Source: a virus
Lineage: Duplodnaviria; Heunggongvirae; Uroviricota; Caudoviricetes
DNA length: 41,019 bases
Direction: 5' to 3' (one strand)
Virus record (IMG/VR): IMGVR_UViG_2671180770_000025
This document shows, one piece after another, positions 16,493 to 25,957 of this stretch. The position numbers and the translations under genes were made by a program. How positions within the stretch are numbered: position 1 is the first letter of the stretch; every line of letters begins with the position of its first letter. Below the pieces are notes generated by a model. That model was not told the origin of the DNA and did not search any database. It was given only the letters and a program-made list of their open reading frames with translations.

Positions 16493-18222
16493 GCCGGAAA
16501 TCTTACCCCAACGTAAATGCTGCCAATCAGTATGCCCGGGATGTCGTGCGCGGAAAGATTGTGGCCTGCCAGTTTGTGATTCAGGCCTGCCAGCGCCATC
16601 TTGATGACCTGATGGCGGAAAAAAGTAAGTCGTTTCGTTACCGCTTCGACAAGGACCTGGCTGAACGGGCCGCCAAATTTATTCAGCTGTTGCCGCATAC
16701 CAAGGGTGAGTGGGCATTTAAACGGATGCCCATCACGCTGGAGCCGTGGCAGCTCTTTGTGATCTGCTGTGCGTTTGGCTGGGTCAATAAAGGCACCCGG
16801 TTGCGCCGCTTCCGGGAGGTGTATACCGAAATTCCCCGTAAGAACGGCAAATCGGCAATCTCTGCCGGTGTTGCCCTGTATTGTTTTGCCTGTGATAACG
16901 AGTTCGGTGCGGAAGTGTATTCCGGTGCCACGACGGAGAAACAGGCATGGGAAGTCTTTCGTCCGGCACGACTGATGTGTAAACGCACACCCATGCTGAC
17001 GGAAGCGTTCGGGATTGAGGTTAACGCCTCAAACATGAACCGTCCGGAGGATGGTGCGCGGTTTGAACCGCTGATCGGTAACCCCGGTGATGGTTCATCA
17101 CCCCACTGTGCCGTGGTGGATGAATATCACGAGCACGCCACAGATGCGCTTTACACCACGATGCTTACCGGGATGGGGGCGCGACGCCAGCCACTGATGT
17201 GGGCCATTACCACCGCCGGGTACAACATTGAGGGGCCGTGCTACGACAAACGGCGGGAAGTCATCGAGATGCTCAACGGCTCGGTGCCCAACGATGAACT
17301 GTTCGGGATCATCTATACCGTTGACGAAGGCGACGACTGGACCGACCCGCAGGTACTTGAAAAAGCTAACCCGAATATCGGTGTGTCGGTTTATCGCGAG
17401 TTTTTGTTAAGCCAGCAGCAACGTGCGAAAAATAACGCCCGTCTGGCAAACGTCTTTAAAACAAAACACCTCAATATCTGGGTGTCGGCGCGTTCGGCGT
17501 ATTTCAACCTGGTGAGCTGGCAGAGCTGCGAGGATAAATCACTGACTCTTGAGCAGTTCGAGGGGCAGCCGTGCATTCTGGCCTTTGACCTGGCGCGTAA
17601 GCTGGATATGAACAGCATGGCGCGACTTTATACCCGCGAGATTGACGGTAAAACGCATTACTACAGTGTGGCCCCGCGTTTCTGGGTACCGTATGACACG
17701 GTGTATAGCGTCGAGAAAAATGAAGATCGCCGGACAGCCGAACGCTTTCAGAAATGGGTGGAAATGGGCGTTCTGACCGTTACCGATGGTGCAGAGGTGG
17801 ATTATCGCTACATCCTCGAAGAGGCCAAAGCGGCGAACAAAATCAGCCCGGTCAGTGAGTCACCCATCGACCCTTTCGGAGCGACCGGGCTGTCACATGA
17901 CCTTGCTGATGAAGACCTGAATCCCGTTACTATCGTCCAGAACTTCGCCAATATGTCCGACCCGATGAAAGAGCTGGAGGCAGCGATTGAATCGGGACGC
18001 TTTCATCATGACGGCAATCCCATCATGACCTGGTGTATCGGCAACGTGGTCGGCAAAAACATGCCAGGTAACGATGATTTAGTGAAGCCCGTCAAAGAGC
18101 AGGCGGAAAACAAAATCGATGGTGCAGTTGCGCTGATTATGACGGTTGGCAGAGCCATGCTGTACGAGAAAGAAGACACGCTGTCTGACCACATTGAGTC
18201 CTATGGGATCCGCTCGCTTTAA
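16489..18222 (+). CDS. terL: Terminase large subunit
   Basis: 577 aa with ATPase and nuclease regions (VVDEYHEH Walker-B-like; C-terminal acidic nuclease residues); coupled to terS. Confidence 0.85.
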
Positions 18223-18233
18223 CTGAGGTAATT

Positions 18234-18416
18234 ATGATCATGCTGATTCTCGCGCCTCTGGTGGGCGTGCTGGGGGCGCTTTTGCTGGCGTATGGTGCCT
18301 GGCTGATTTATCCCCCGGCGGGGTTTGTTGTTGCCGGGGCGTTGTGCCTGTTCTGGTCGTGGCTGGTGGCGCGATATCTCGACCGTACACAGTCGTCTGT
18401 CGGCGGAGGTAAATAG
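18234..18416 (+). CDS. Small predicted membrane protein (60 aa) between terL and portal
   Basis: SD GAGG upstream; two hydrophobic segments; stop overlaps the portal start. Confidence 0.4.
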
Positions 18417-19657
18417 TGTTCTTTTCGGGATTATTTCAACGAAAAAGTGACGCACCGGTGACCACGCCAGCAGAGCTGGCGGATGCTATCGGGTTGTCCT
18501 ACGACACCTATACCGGAAAGCAGATCAGCAGCCAGCGGGCCATGCGACTGACGGCGGTTTTTTCCTGCGTCAGGGTGCTGGCAGAGTCGGTCGGGATGTT
18601 GCCCTGCAATCTGTATCACCTGAACGGCAGCCTGAAACAGAGAGCCACCGGCGAGCGTCTGCATAAGCTGATCTCCACGCATCCCAATGGCTATATGACG
18701 CCGCAGGAGTTCTGGGAGCTGGTGGTCACCTGTCTGTGCCTGCGGGGAAACTTTTACGCCTACAAAGTGAAAGCATTTGGCGAAGTGGCTGAACTGCTGC
18801 CCGTCGATCCCGGCTGTGTGGTACCGAAGCTTAACAGTAGCTGGGAGCCGGTCTATCAGGTCACATTCCCGGACGGCTCCACGGATGTACTGAGCCAGGA
18901 GGATATCTGGCATGTGCGCACGCTGACGCTGGACGGTCTGGTGGGACTGAATCCCATCGCCTATGCCCGCGAGGCAATATCGCTGGCAGCTGCGACCGAA
19001 GAGCACGGGGCCAGACTGTTCAGCAATGGTGCGGTGACGTCCGGTGTGTTGCGTACAGAGCAGACGCTGTCGGATCAGGCTTATGAGCGCCTGAAGAAAG
19101 ATTTTGAGGAGCGTCACACCGGGCTTGGCAATGCTCACCGCCCGATGATCCTTGAGATGGGGCTGGACTGGAAGTCGATGGCGCTGAACGCCGAGGACAG
19201 CCAGTTCCTGGAAACCCGCAAGTTTCAGCTTGAAGAAATCTGTCGTCTGTTCCGGGTGCCGTTGCACATGGTGCAGAACACCGATCGCGCCACCTTCAAC
19301 AATATCGAAGAGCTGGGGCTGGGATTTATCAACTATTCACTGGTGCCGTATCTGACCCGCATCGAACAGCGGATCAACACCGGACTGGTACGAAAAAGTA
19401 AGCAGGGCGTTTATTACGCCAAATTTAACGCCGGGGCGTTACTGCGCGGGGATATGAAGTCCCGTTTTGAAGCCTACGCCACCGGGATCAACTGGGGAAT
19501 TTACTCTCCCAATGACTGCCGCGACCTGGAAGATATGAATCCACGTCCCGGTGGTGATGTCTATCTCACACCGATGAACATGACCACGAAACCCTCCGAT
19601 GGCAGTAAAGCCGGTAAGCAGAAGGATAACGCCAATGCAGACGAAATAACGTCTTGA
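18416..19657 (+). CDS. Portal protein, HK97 family (GTG start)
   Basis: 413 aa downstream of terL; GTG start overlaps the upstream stop. Confidence 0.8.
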   Translation: MFFSGLFQRKSDAPVTTPAELADAIGLSYDTYTGKQISSQRAMRLTAVFSCVRVLAESVGMLPCNLYHLNGSLKQRATGERLHKLISTHPNGYMTPQEFWELVVTCLCLRGNFYAYKVKAFGEVAELLPVDPGCVVPKLNSSWEPVYQVTFPDGSTDVLSQEDIWHVRTLTLDGLVGLNPIAYAREAISLAAATEEHGARLFSNGAVTSGVLRTEQTLSDQAYERLKKDFEERHTGLGNAHRPMILEMGLDWKSMALNAEDSQFLETRKFQLEEICRLFRVPLHMVQNTDRATFNNIEELGLGFINYSLVPYLTRIEQRINTGLVRKSKQGVYYAKFNAGALLRGDMKSRFEAYATGINWGIYSPNDCRDLEDMNPRPGGDVYLTPMNMTTKPSDGSKAGKQKDNANADEITS

Positions 19658-19745
19658 TGTACCGCTGAGTCTGAAATCTGTCAGTGACTCCGGTGAGTTT
19701 GAAGGGTATGGCTCCGTCTTTGGTGTAAAGGACAGCCACGATGAT

Positions 19746-20285
19746 GTGGTGATGTCCGGGGCATTTGCTGCTTCCCTGCGGGTGTGGAGTGACAGAAAAG
19801 CGTTACCTGCGCTGCTCTGGCAGCACCGCATGGATGAGCCCATCGGTGTTTACACCGAAATGAAGGAAGACGATGTCGGGCTTTACGTCAGGGGACGGTT
19901 GCTCATTGATGATGATCCCCTGGCAAAACGCGCACATGCACACATGAAGGCCGGTTCGTTAACCGGCCTTTCTATTGGGTACGTCCTGAAGGACTGGGAA
20001 TACGACCGGACGAAAGAAGCCTTTCTGCTGAAAGAAATCGACCTCTGGGAAGTCAGCCTGGTGACATTCCCGTCTAACGACGAGGCGCGGATCAGCGACG
20101 TCAAGAACGCACTGGCCCGCGGGGAAATCCCCGAACAGAAAAAAATCGAAAGAGTCCTGCGTGATGTCGGACTCTCCCGTACCCAGGCCAAAGCATTCAT
20201 GGCCGGGGGCTATGGCGCACTGTCCCTGCGCGATGCTGAGGATGTGGGCTCTGCACTGAATGCACTGAAAAATCTGAACTTCTAA
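19746..20285 (+). CDS. Prohead protease, HK97 family; true start probably upstream (frame open from 19650) at a non-canonical codon
   Basis: Position between portal and capsid; conserved-looking N-terminal motif GEFEGYGSVFGVKDSHDDVV is encoded in-frame upstream of the first GTG/ATG. Confidence 0.65.
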   Translation: MVMSGAFAASLRVWSDRKALPALLWQHRMDEPIGVYTEMKEDDVGLYVRGRLLIDDDPLAKRAHAHMKAGSLTGLSIGYVLKDWEYDRTKEAFLLKEIDLWEVSLVTFPSNDEARISDVKNALARGEIPEQKKIERVLRDVGLSRTQAKAFMAGGYGALSLRDAEDVGSALNALKNLNF

Positions 20286-20299
20286 TCAGGAGAAATACG

Positions 20300-21505
20300 A
20301 TGGCGGTTGATATTAAAGATGTCGAACAGGTCGCGCAGGAGCTGCAGCAGAAGTTTGACGACTTCAAAGCAAAGAACGACAAGCGCGTTGAGGCGATTGA
20401 GCAGGAAAAAGGCAAACTTGCCGGGCAGGTGGAAACCCTGAACGGAAAACTCAGCGAGCTGGAAAATCTCAAAAGCGACCTTGAAAAAGAGCTGCTTGAG
20501 CTGAAACGTCCGGCAGGTGGTGCGCAAAATAAACTGGCCACCGAGCATAAAGAAGCGTTTGTGGGCTTCCTGCGTAAAGGCCGTGAAGATGGTCTGCGCG
20601 ATCTGGAGCGCAAGGCATTACAGGTGGGCACCGATGAAGACGGTGGCTATGCCGTGCCGGAAGCGCTGGATCGCAACATTCTGACCTTGCTGAAAGATGA
20701 AGTGGTGATGCGTCAGGAAGCCACGGTGATCACCGTTGGTGGTTCCGACTACAAAAAACTGGTGAATCTGGGCGGCACGGCTTCCGGATGGGTTGGCGAG
20801 ACTGACGCGCGCTCCCAGACTGCCACCTCAAAACTGGGGCTGATTGAACCTTTCATGGGGGAAATCTACGGTAACCCGCAGGCCACCCAGAAAATGCTGG
20901 ATGATGCCTTTTTCAACGTGGAGGCCTGGATCAACAGCGAGCTGGCAACCGAATTTGCCGAACAGGAAGAAATTGCCTTTACCACCGGTGATGGTACCAA
21001 GAAGCCGAAAGGGTTCCTGGCGTATGAATCCACGGATGAAACCGATAAGGTCCGGGCGTTCGGCAAACTTCAGCATATTGTATCCGGCGACGCGACGGCG
21101 GTGACCGCAGACGCCATTATCAAACTGATTTACACGCTGCGTAAGGCACACCGCACAGGCGCGAAGTTCATGATGAACAACAATAGCCTGTTTGCCATCC
21201 GTCTGCTGAAAGACAGCGAGGGTAACTATCTGTGGCGTCCGGGGCTGGAGCTGGGGCAGCCGTCCTCTCTGGCGGGTTACGGTATCGCTGAAAACGAACA
21301 GATGCCGGATATCGCCGCTGATGCGAAAGCCATTGCATTTGGTAACTTCAAACGGGGTTACACCATCGTTGACCGTATCGGCACCCGCATTCTGCGTGAC
21401 CCGTACACCAATAAACCGTTTGTCGGTTTTTATACCACCAAACGCACCGGCGGCATGCTGGTCGATTCGCAGGCCATCAAACTGCTGAAGATTGCAGTGG
21501 CGTAA
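20300..21505 (+). CDS. Major capsid protein, HK97 fold, with N-terminal coiled-coil delta (scaffold) domain
   Basis: 401 aa; N-terminal roughly 100 aa charged coiled coil; SD AGGAGA upstream. Confidence 0.8.
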   Translation: MAVDIKDVEQVAQELQQKFDDFKAKNDKRVEAIEQEKGKLAGQVETLNGKLSELENLKSDLEKELLELKRPAGGAQNKLATEHKEAFVGFLRKGREDGLRDLERKALQVGTDEDGGYAVPEALDRNILTLLKDEVVMRQEATVITVGGSDYKKLVNLGGTASGWVGETDARSQTATSKLGLIEPFMGEIYGNPQATQKMLDDAFFNVEAWINSELATEFAEQEEIAFTTGDGTKKPKGFLAYESTDETDKVRAFGKLQHIVSGDATAVTADAIIKLIYTLRKAHRTGAKFMMNNNSLFAIRLLKDSEGNYLWRPGLELGQPSSLAGYGIAENEQMPDIAADAKAIAFGNFKRGYTIVDRIGTRILRDPYTNKPFVGFYTTKRTGGMLVDSQAIKLLKIAVA

Positions 21506-21553
21506 TCACTCAGGGGCGCGGAACCGCGCCCCTGTTCTGACGGGTGAAGAATC

Positions 21554-21754
21554 ATGATCCTGAAACAAGATCTGAAATGGTCACCGGACGGTATGCGTGT
21601 TGAGGTCATTCGGGCCGGTGAGTATGACGACGGGGCGCTTCCTGCCCGGGCGCAGGAGATTGCACTTCAGGCCGGGTTAGCAGAGCGCGGAACCAGTGCA
21701 AAAAGCAGTAAAGCGACAAAAGAGAAAAAAGCCACGACCAGTAAAGAGGGCTGA
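21554..21754 (+). CDS. Small head-associated hypothetical protein (66 aa)
   Basis: ORF between capsid and connector genes, Lys/Ala-rich C-terminus. Confidence 0.35.
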   Translation: MILKQDLKWSPDGMRVEVIRAGEYDDGALPARAQEIALQAGLAERGTSAKSSKATKEKKATTSKEG

Positions 21755-21756
21755 GT

Positions 21757-22080
21757 ATGCTTCTGACAATGGAAGAGATTAAAGCCCAACTCCGGCTGGA
21801 TGAGGATTTCGATACTGATGACCGCCATCTGCAACTGCTGGCCTGTGCGGCACAAAAGCGGACGGAAACGTATCTGAACCGGACGCTCTATGCACCGGAT
21901 GAAACCATTCCGGACAGCGATCCGGACGGTCTGCACCTGCCGGATGATATTCGTCTGGGGATGCTGATGCTTATCAGCCATTTTTACGAAAACCGCTCGT
22001 CGGTTACGGAAGTGGAGAAACTCGACATGCCGCAGAGTTTTGGCTGGCTTGTTGGCCCGTACAGGTACTTTCCGCAATGA
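21757..22080 (+). CDS. Head-tail connector protein (gp6-like)
   Basis: 107-aa protein directly after the capsid genes. Confidence 0.5.
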   Translation: MLLTMEEIKAQLRLDEDFDTDDRHLQLLACAAQKRTETYLNRTLYAPDETIPDSDPDGLHLPDDIRLGMLMLISHFYENRSSVTEVEKLDMPQSFGWLVGPYRYFPQ

Positions 22081-22487
22081 AAATTCGTCAGGCGCAGACC
22101 AGCGCAACCTACATTCTGCCGGACCCCGGCGAACTGAATAAACGCGTCCTGATCCGCCAGCGGGTGGATATGCCCGCGGATAACTTTGGCGTGGAGCCTC
22201 AATACCCGGTTACGTTCCGGACATGGGCGAAGGTTATCCAGACCAGTGCCACCACCTGGCAGGAAACCGCGCAGACCGGGGACGCCATCACCCATTACAT
22301 CACCATTCGTTACCGCCGGGGGATCACCGCTGATTATGAGGTGGTCTGCGGTGACAGTGTGTACCGGGTGAAACGTCAGCGCGATCTGAACGGGGCGCGG
22401 CGCTTTCTGCTGCTGGAGTGTACGGAGCTGGGCGAGTTTACGCAGAGTCACGGAGGCAGCAATGGCGACTCCCTTTTTTCACGTTGA
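22077..22487 (+). CDS. Head closure / head-tail adaptor protein
   Basis: Coupled ORF in the head-tail joining block. Confidence 0.45.
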   Translation: MKIRQAQTSATYILPDPGELNKRVLIRQRVDMPADNFGVEPQYPVTFRTWAKVIQTSATTWQETAQTGDAITHYITIRYRRGITADYEVVCGDSVYRVKRQRDLNGARRFLLLECTELGEFTQSHGGSNGDSLFSR

Positions 22488-22968
22488 TGTTCAGCAGCCC
22501 GCGGAAATGCGCTTTAACCGCGCCCGTGTCCGGCGGGCGTTTATCACGATTGGGCAGCGTCATATGCGTGATGCCCGTCGGCTGGTGATGCGCCGTGCGC
22601 GGTCGGCACCGGGTGAAAACCCCGGTTATCAGACCGGACGCCTGGCTCGTTCGATTGGTTACATGGTGCCGAGAGCCAGTAAAAAGCGAGCCGGTTTTAT
22701 GACACGCATTGCCCCTAACCAGCACAACGGGAAGGGGAACCGGATGATCTCTGGTGACTTCTATCCGGCGTTTCTGTTTTTTGGTGTCCGGGGAGGAGCA
22801 AAACGTCGTCGTAGTCATCATCGTGGTGCATCCGGTGGCAGCGGCTGGCGACTGGCTCCACGTAATAATTTCATGGTGGAAACTCTTGAAAAGAACCGCA
22901 GCTGGACACGCTATTTTCTGGCGCGGGAATTGCGTAAATCACTGAAGCCGGAGCGACGACACAGATGA
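22462..22968 (+). CDS. Tail component, HK97 gp10-like
   Basis: Position and size; basic C-terminus. Confidence 0.4.
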   Translation: MATPFFHVDVQQPAEMRFNRARVRRAFITIGQRHMRDARRLVMRRARSAPGENPGYQTGRLARSIGYMVPRASKKRAGFMTRIAPNQHNGKGNRMISGDFYPAFLFFGVRGGAKRRRSHHRGASGGSGWRLAPRNNFMVETLEKNRSWTRYFLARELRKSLKPERRHR

Positions 22969-23525
22969 AACTGACTCCTGTTATTGCTGCGCTGCGTGCC
23001 CGCTGTCCGTATTTTGAAAACCGGGTGGCAGGCGCGGCCCAGTTCAAAAATCTGCCGGAGGTCGGAAAGCTGAAGCTCCCGGCGGCATATGTGGTACCGG
23101 GTGATGACTCTCCGGGAGAAAACAAAAGCCAGACCGACTACTGGCAGGAGCTGAAAGAGGGCTTCTCCGTGGTTGTCATACTGAGTAACGGGCGTGATGA
23201 GCGCGGTCAGTTTGCCTCGTATGATGTGGTGGACGATGTCCGGCAGATGCTCTTTAAGGCTCTGCTGGGCTGGAACCCGGAAGCGTGTGGTAACCCGATT
23301 ACCTATGACGGCGGCACGCTGCTGGATCTGAATCGTCATGAGCTGATTTATCAGTTCGATTTTTCGGTCATCAGCGAGCTGACCGAAGACGATACCCGCC
23401 AGCAGGATGACCTGAACAGTCTGGATGAACTGCGAACGCTGGCGATTGATGTTGATTATCTCGATCCCGGTAACGGGCCTGACGGCGATATCGAACATCA
23501 CACCGAAATAACCCTTCCTTCCTGA
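22965..23525 (+). CDS. Virion structural protein (tail completion/neck candidate), 186 aa
   Basis: Coupled ORF immediately upstream of the tail sheath block. Confidence 0.35.
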   Translation: MKLTPVIAALRARCPYFENRVAGAAQFKNLPEVGKLKLPAAYVVPGDDSPGENKSQTDYWQELKEGFSVVVILSNGRDERGQFASYDVVDDVRQMLFKALLGWNPEACGNPITYDGGTLLDLNRHELIYQFDFSVISELTEDDTRQQDDLNSLDELRTLAIDVDYLDPGNGPDGDIEHHTEITLPS

Positions 23526-23533
23526 GAATCTTC

Positions 23534-23704
23534 ATGTTTGTGAAACCTGTTAAAGGGCGGTCAGTGCCTGACCCTGCCCGCGGTGACCTTTTGCCCGCCG
23601 AAGGGCGAAATGTTGACGAGAACAACTACTGGCTGCGCCGTGAAGCAGCGGGTGATATCCGGCGCGTGAATAAAAAGGTGAACACCGATGACGATAAGCT
23701 TTAA
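23534..23704 (+). CDS. Small hypothetical protein (56 aa) upstream of and overlapping the sheath start
   Basis: ATG 23534 to TAA 23702..23704; below the track cutoff; assignment tentative. Confidence 0.3.
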   Translation: MFVKPVKGRSVPDPARGDLLPAEGRNVDENNYWLRREAAGDIRRVNKKVNTDDDKL

Positions 23705-25183
23705 CACCATTCCGTCGAATACGCTGGTTCCGCTGTTTTATGCGGAAATGGATAACTCGGCGGCGAATACTGCACAGGACAGCGGGGCATCGTTGCTGAT
23801 TGGTCACGCCAATAACGGTGCAGAGATTGTTGCCAACAGTCTGGTGCTGATGCCGTCGGCAGACTATGCACGCCAGATTTGTGGTGCGGGAAGTCAGCTG
23901 GCGCGTATGGTCGAGGCTTATCGCCAGACCGACCCGTTTGGCGAGCTGTATGTGATTGCCGTTCCGGAAGCCACAGGCGCGGCGGCAACGGTTACGCTGA
24001 CGGTGACCGGAGCAGCAACCGAAACCGGCACGGTGAATGTGTATGTGGGACGTACCCGCGTGCAGGCACCGGTGACCAACGGCGATAACGTCACGACGAT
24101 TGCCAGCAGTATCAAAGATGCCATCAATGCCGTTCCGGCCCTGCCGTTTACGGCCTCATCTTCGGCAGGCGTGGTCACACTGACCGCGCGTCATAAGGGG
24201 CTTTGCGGGAATGAAATTCCTGTCAGCCTCAATTACTACGGCTTTGGTGGGGGCGAAGTGCTGCCAGCGGGTGTACAGATTGCCGTGGCGACGGGGACCG
24301 CCGGAACGGGCGCTCCGGTTCTCACCGGTGCGGTGGCTGCAATGGCGGATGAGCCGTTTGATTATATCGGTCTGCCGTTCAACGACACGGCCTCCGTTAA
24401 CACGCTGGTGACCGAGATGAACGATACCAGCGGTCGCTGGAGCTATGCGCGTCAGCTGTATGGTCATGTGTATACGGCAAAGATCGGCACGCTGTCAGAA
24501 CTGGTGACCGCAGGTGACCAGTTTAACCAGCAGCACATCACCCTGGCGGGGTACGAAAAAGAGACCCAGACGCCTGCCGACGAGCTGGCGGCAAGCCGTA
24601 CCGCCCGCGCAGCGGTGTTTATCCGCAACGATCCGGCACGTCCCACGCAGACCGGTGAGCTGGTGGGTATGCTGCCTGCGCCGAAGGGGAAACGGTTCAC
24701 GATGACCGAGCAGCAGACCCTGCTGTCTCATGGCGTGGCAACGGCGTATGTCGAAAGCGGGGTGCTGCGCATTCAGCGTGATGTCACCACGTACAGGAAA
24801 AATGCTTACGGGGTTGCGGATAACAGCTACCTCGACAGCGAGACGCTGCATACCAGTGCGTATGTACTGCGCAAACTGAAATCCGTCATTACCAGTAAGT
24901 ACGGGCGTCACAAGCTTGCCTGTGACGGTACCCGCTTTGGCCCGGTCAGGCGATTGTCACCCCGGCGGTGATCAAAGGGGAACTGCTGGCAACCTACCGT
25001 CAGCTCGAGCGTGCGGGGATCGTGGAAAACTACGAACTGTTCAAGCAGTACCTGGTTGTGGAGCGTGATGCCAGCGATCCGAACCGCCTGAACACGCTGT
25101 TCCCGCCTGACTATGTTAACCAGTTGCGTGTCTTTGCCGTGGTTAACCAGTTCCGTCTTCAGTATTCAGAGGAGTCTGCATAA
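23688..25183 (+). pseudogene. Tail sheath gene (Mu gpL-like) interrupted by a -1 frameshift near 24942..24946
   Basis: Frame 0 ORF 23688..24971 (427 aa) and frame -1 ORF ending 25183 (71 aa) read as one continuous sheath protein if one G is added in ggcccg(g)gtcagg; the downstream ORF stop overlaps the tube start (TAATG). Confidence 0.65.
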
Positions 25184-25539
25184 TGGCCCGTATCGGGGGA
25201 ACCTGTTATTTCAAAATTGACGGTCAGCAGCTATCGCTGACCGGCGGCATTGAGGTGCCCATGAACAGGACGGTCAATGATGACATCATCGGCCTGGACG
25301 GTTCAGTGGACCGCAAGGAAACTCACCGTGCGCCTTATGTCAAAGGGACCTTCAAGGTGCCGAAGAATTTTCCGGTGAGCAAAATCACCTCGTCTGATGA
25401 GATGACCATCACTGCCGAGCTGGCGAACGGTCAGGTCTATGTACTGTCGTCTGCCTGGCTGCACGGCGAAGCGAACCATAATGCCGAAGAAGGCACGGTC
25501 GATCTTGAGTTCCACGGTGAAGAAGGGGATTACCAGTAA
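25183..25539 (+). CDS. Tail tube protein (Mu gpM-like)
   Basis: 118 aa directly after the sheath; SD GAGGAG upstream. Confidence 0.6.
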   Translation: MARIGGTCYFKIDGQQLSLTGGIEVPMNRTVNDDIIGLDGSVDRKETHRAPYVKGTFKVPKNFPVSKITSSDEMTITAELANGQVYVLSSAWLHGEANHNAEEGTVDLEFHGEEGDYQ

Positions 25540-25808
25540 TGAAAGAGCTTGAGTTAAAGAAACCGATTACCGCTCATGGCGAGACACTCTCCGTACTGGA
25601 GTTTGATGAGCCCACCGGGAAAGATGTCCGCGAGCTGGGGTATCCCTACCAGATGAATCAGGATGAGTCCGTCAGACTTCTGGCGCATGTGGTATCGAAA
25701 TATATTGTGCGGCTGGCGAAAGTGCCGCAAAGCTCTGTCGACCAGATGTCTCCGGCAGACCTGAATGCAGCGGCGTGGCTTGTGGCTGGTTTTTTCCTCC
25801 AGGCCTGA
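25539..25808 (+). CDS. Tail assembly chaperone, short form
   Basis: 89-aa ORF between tube and tape measure; slippery heptamer T_TTT_TTC at 25790..25796 near its 3' end. Confidence 0.65.
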   Translation: MKELELKKPITAHGETLSVLEFDEPTGKDVRELGYPYQMNQDESVRLLAHVVSKYIVRLAKVPQSSVDQMSPADLNAAAWLVAGFFLQA

Positions 25809-25957
25809 CGGCTGAATACCTTACTGATCGCTTCTTTGATTGCGCCAGCTACTGGCGCATTAATCCCTTCGAATTGCTGAATATGCCGATCAGTGAAATT
25901 CCCTTGCTGGTCAGTCAGGCAAACAGGATAGAGCAGGAGAAACGCACACATGGCTGA
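25539..25957 (+). CDS. Tail assembly chaperone, extended form via programmed -1 frameshift at 25790..25796
   Basis: The -1 frame stays open from the slippery site to 25957 (FFPPGLTAEYLTDRFFDCASYWRINPFELL...) and ends overlapping the tape measure start. Confidence 0.55.

Noticed and set aside
18431-19267. 278-aa minus-strand ORF
   Set aside because: Antisense to the portal gene; high-GC antisense artefact.
20197-20631. 144-aa minus-strand ORF (also 20282..20548, 20828..21151)
   Set aside because: Antisense to the protease and major capsid genes; Ser/Arg-rich low-complexity translation.
22911-23501. 196-aa minus-strand ORF (also 21667..22107, 21984..22451, 22438..22821)
   Set aside because: Antisense to coupled head-tail joining genes; no start signals.
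24495-24911. Minus-strand ORFs antisense to the sheath gene (also 23701..23988, 23918..24178, 24156..24467)
   Set aside because: Lie within the sheath coding region on the opposite strand; composition artefacts.
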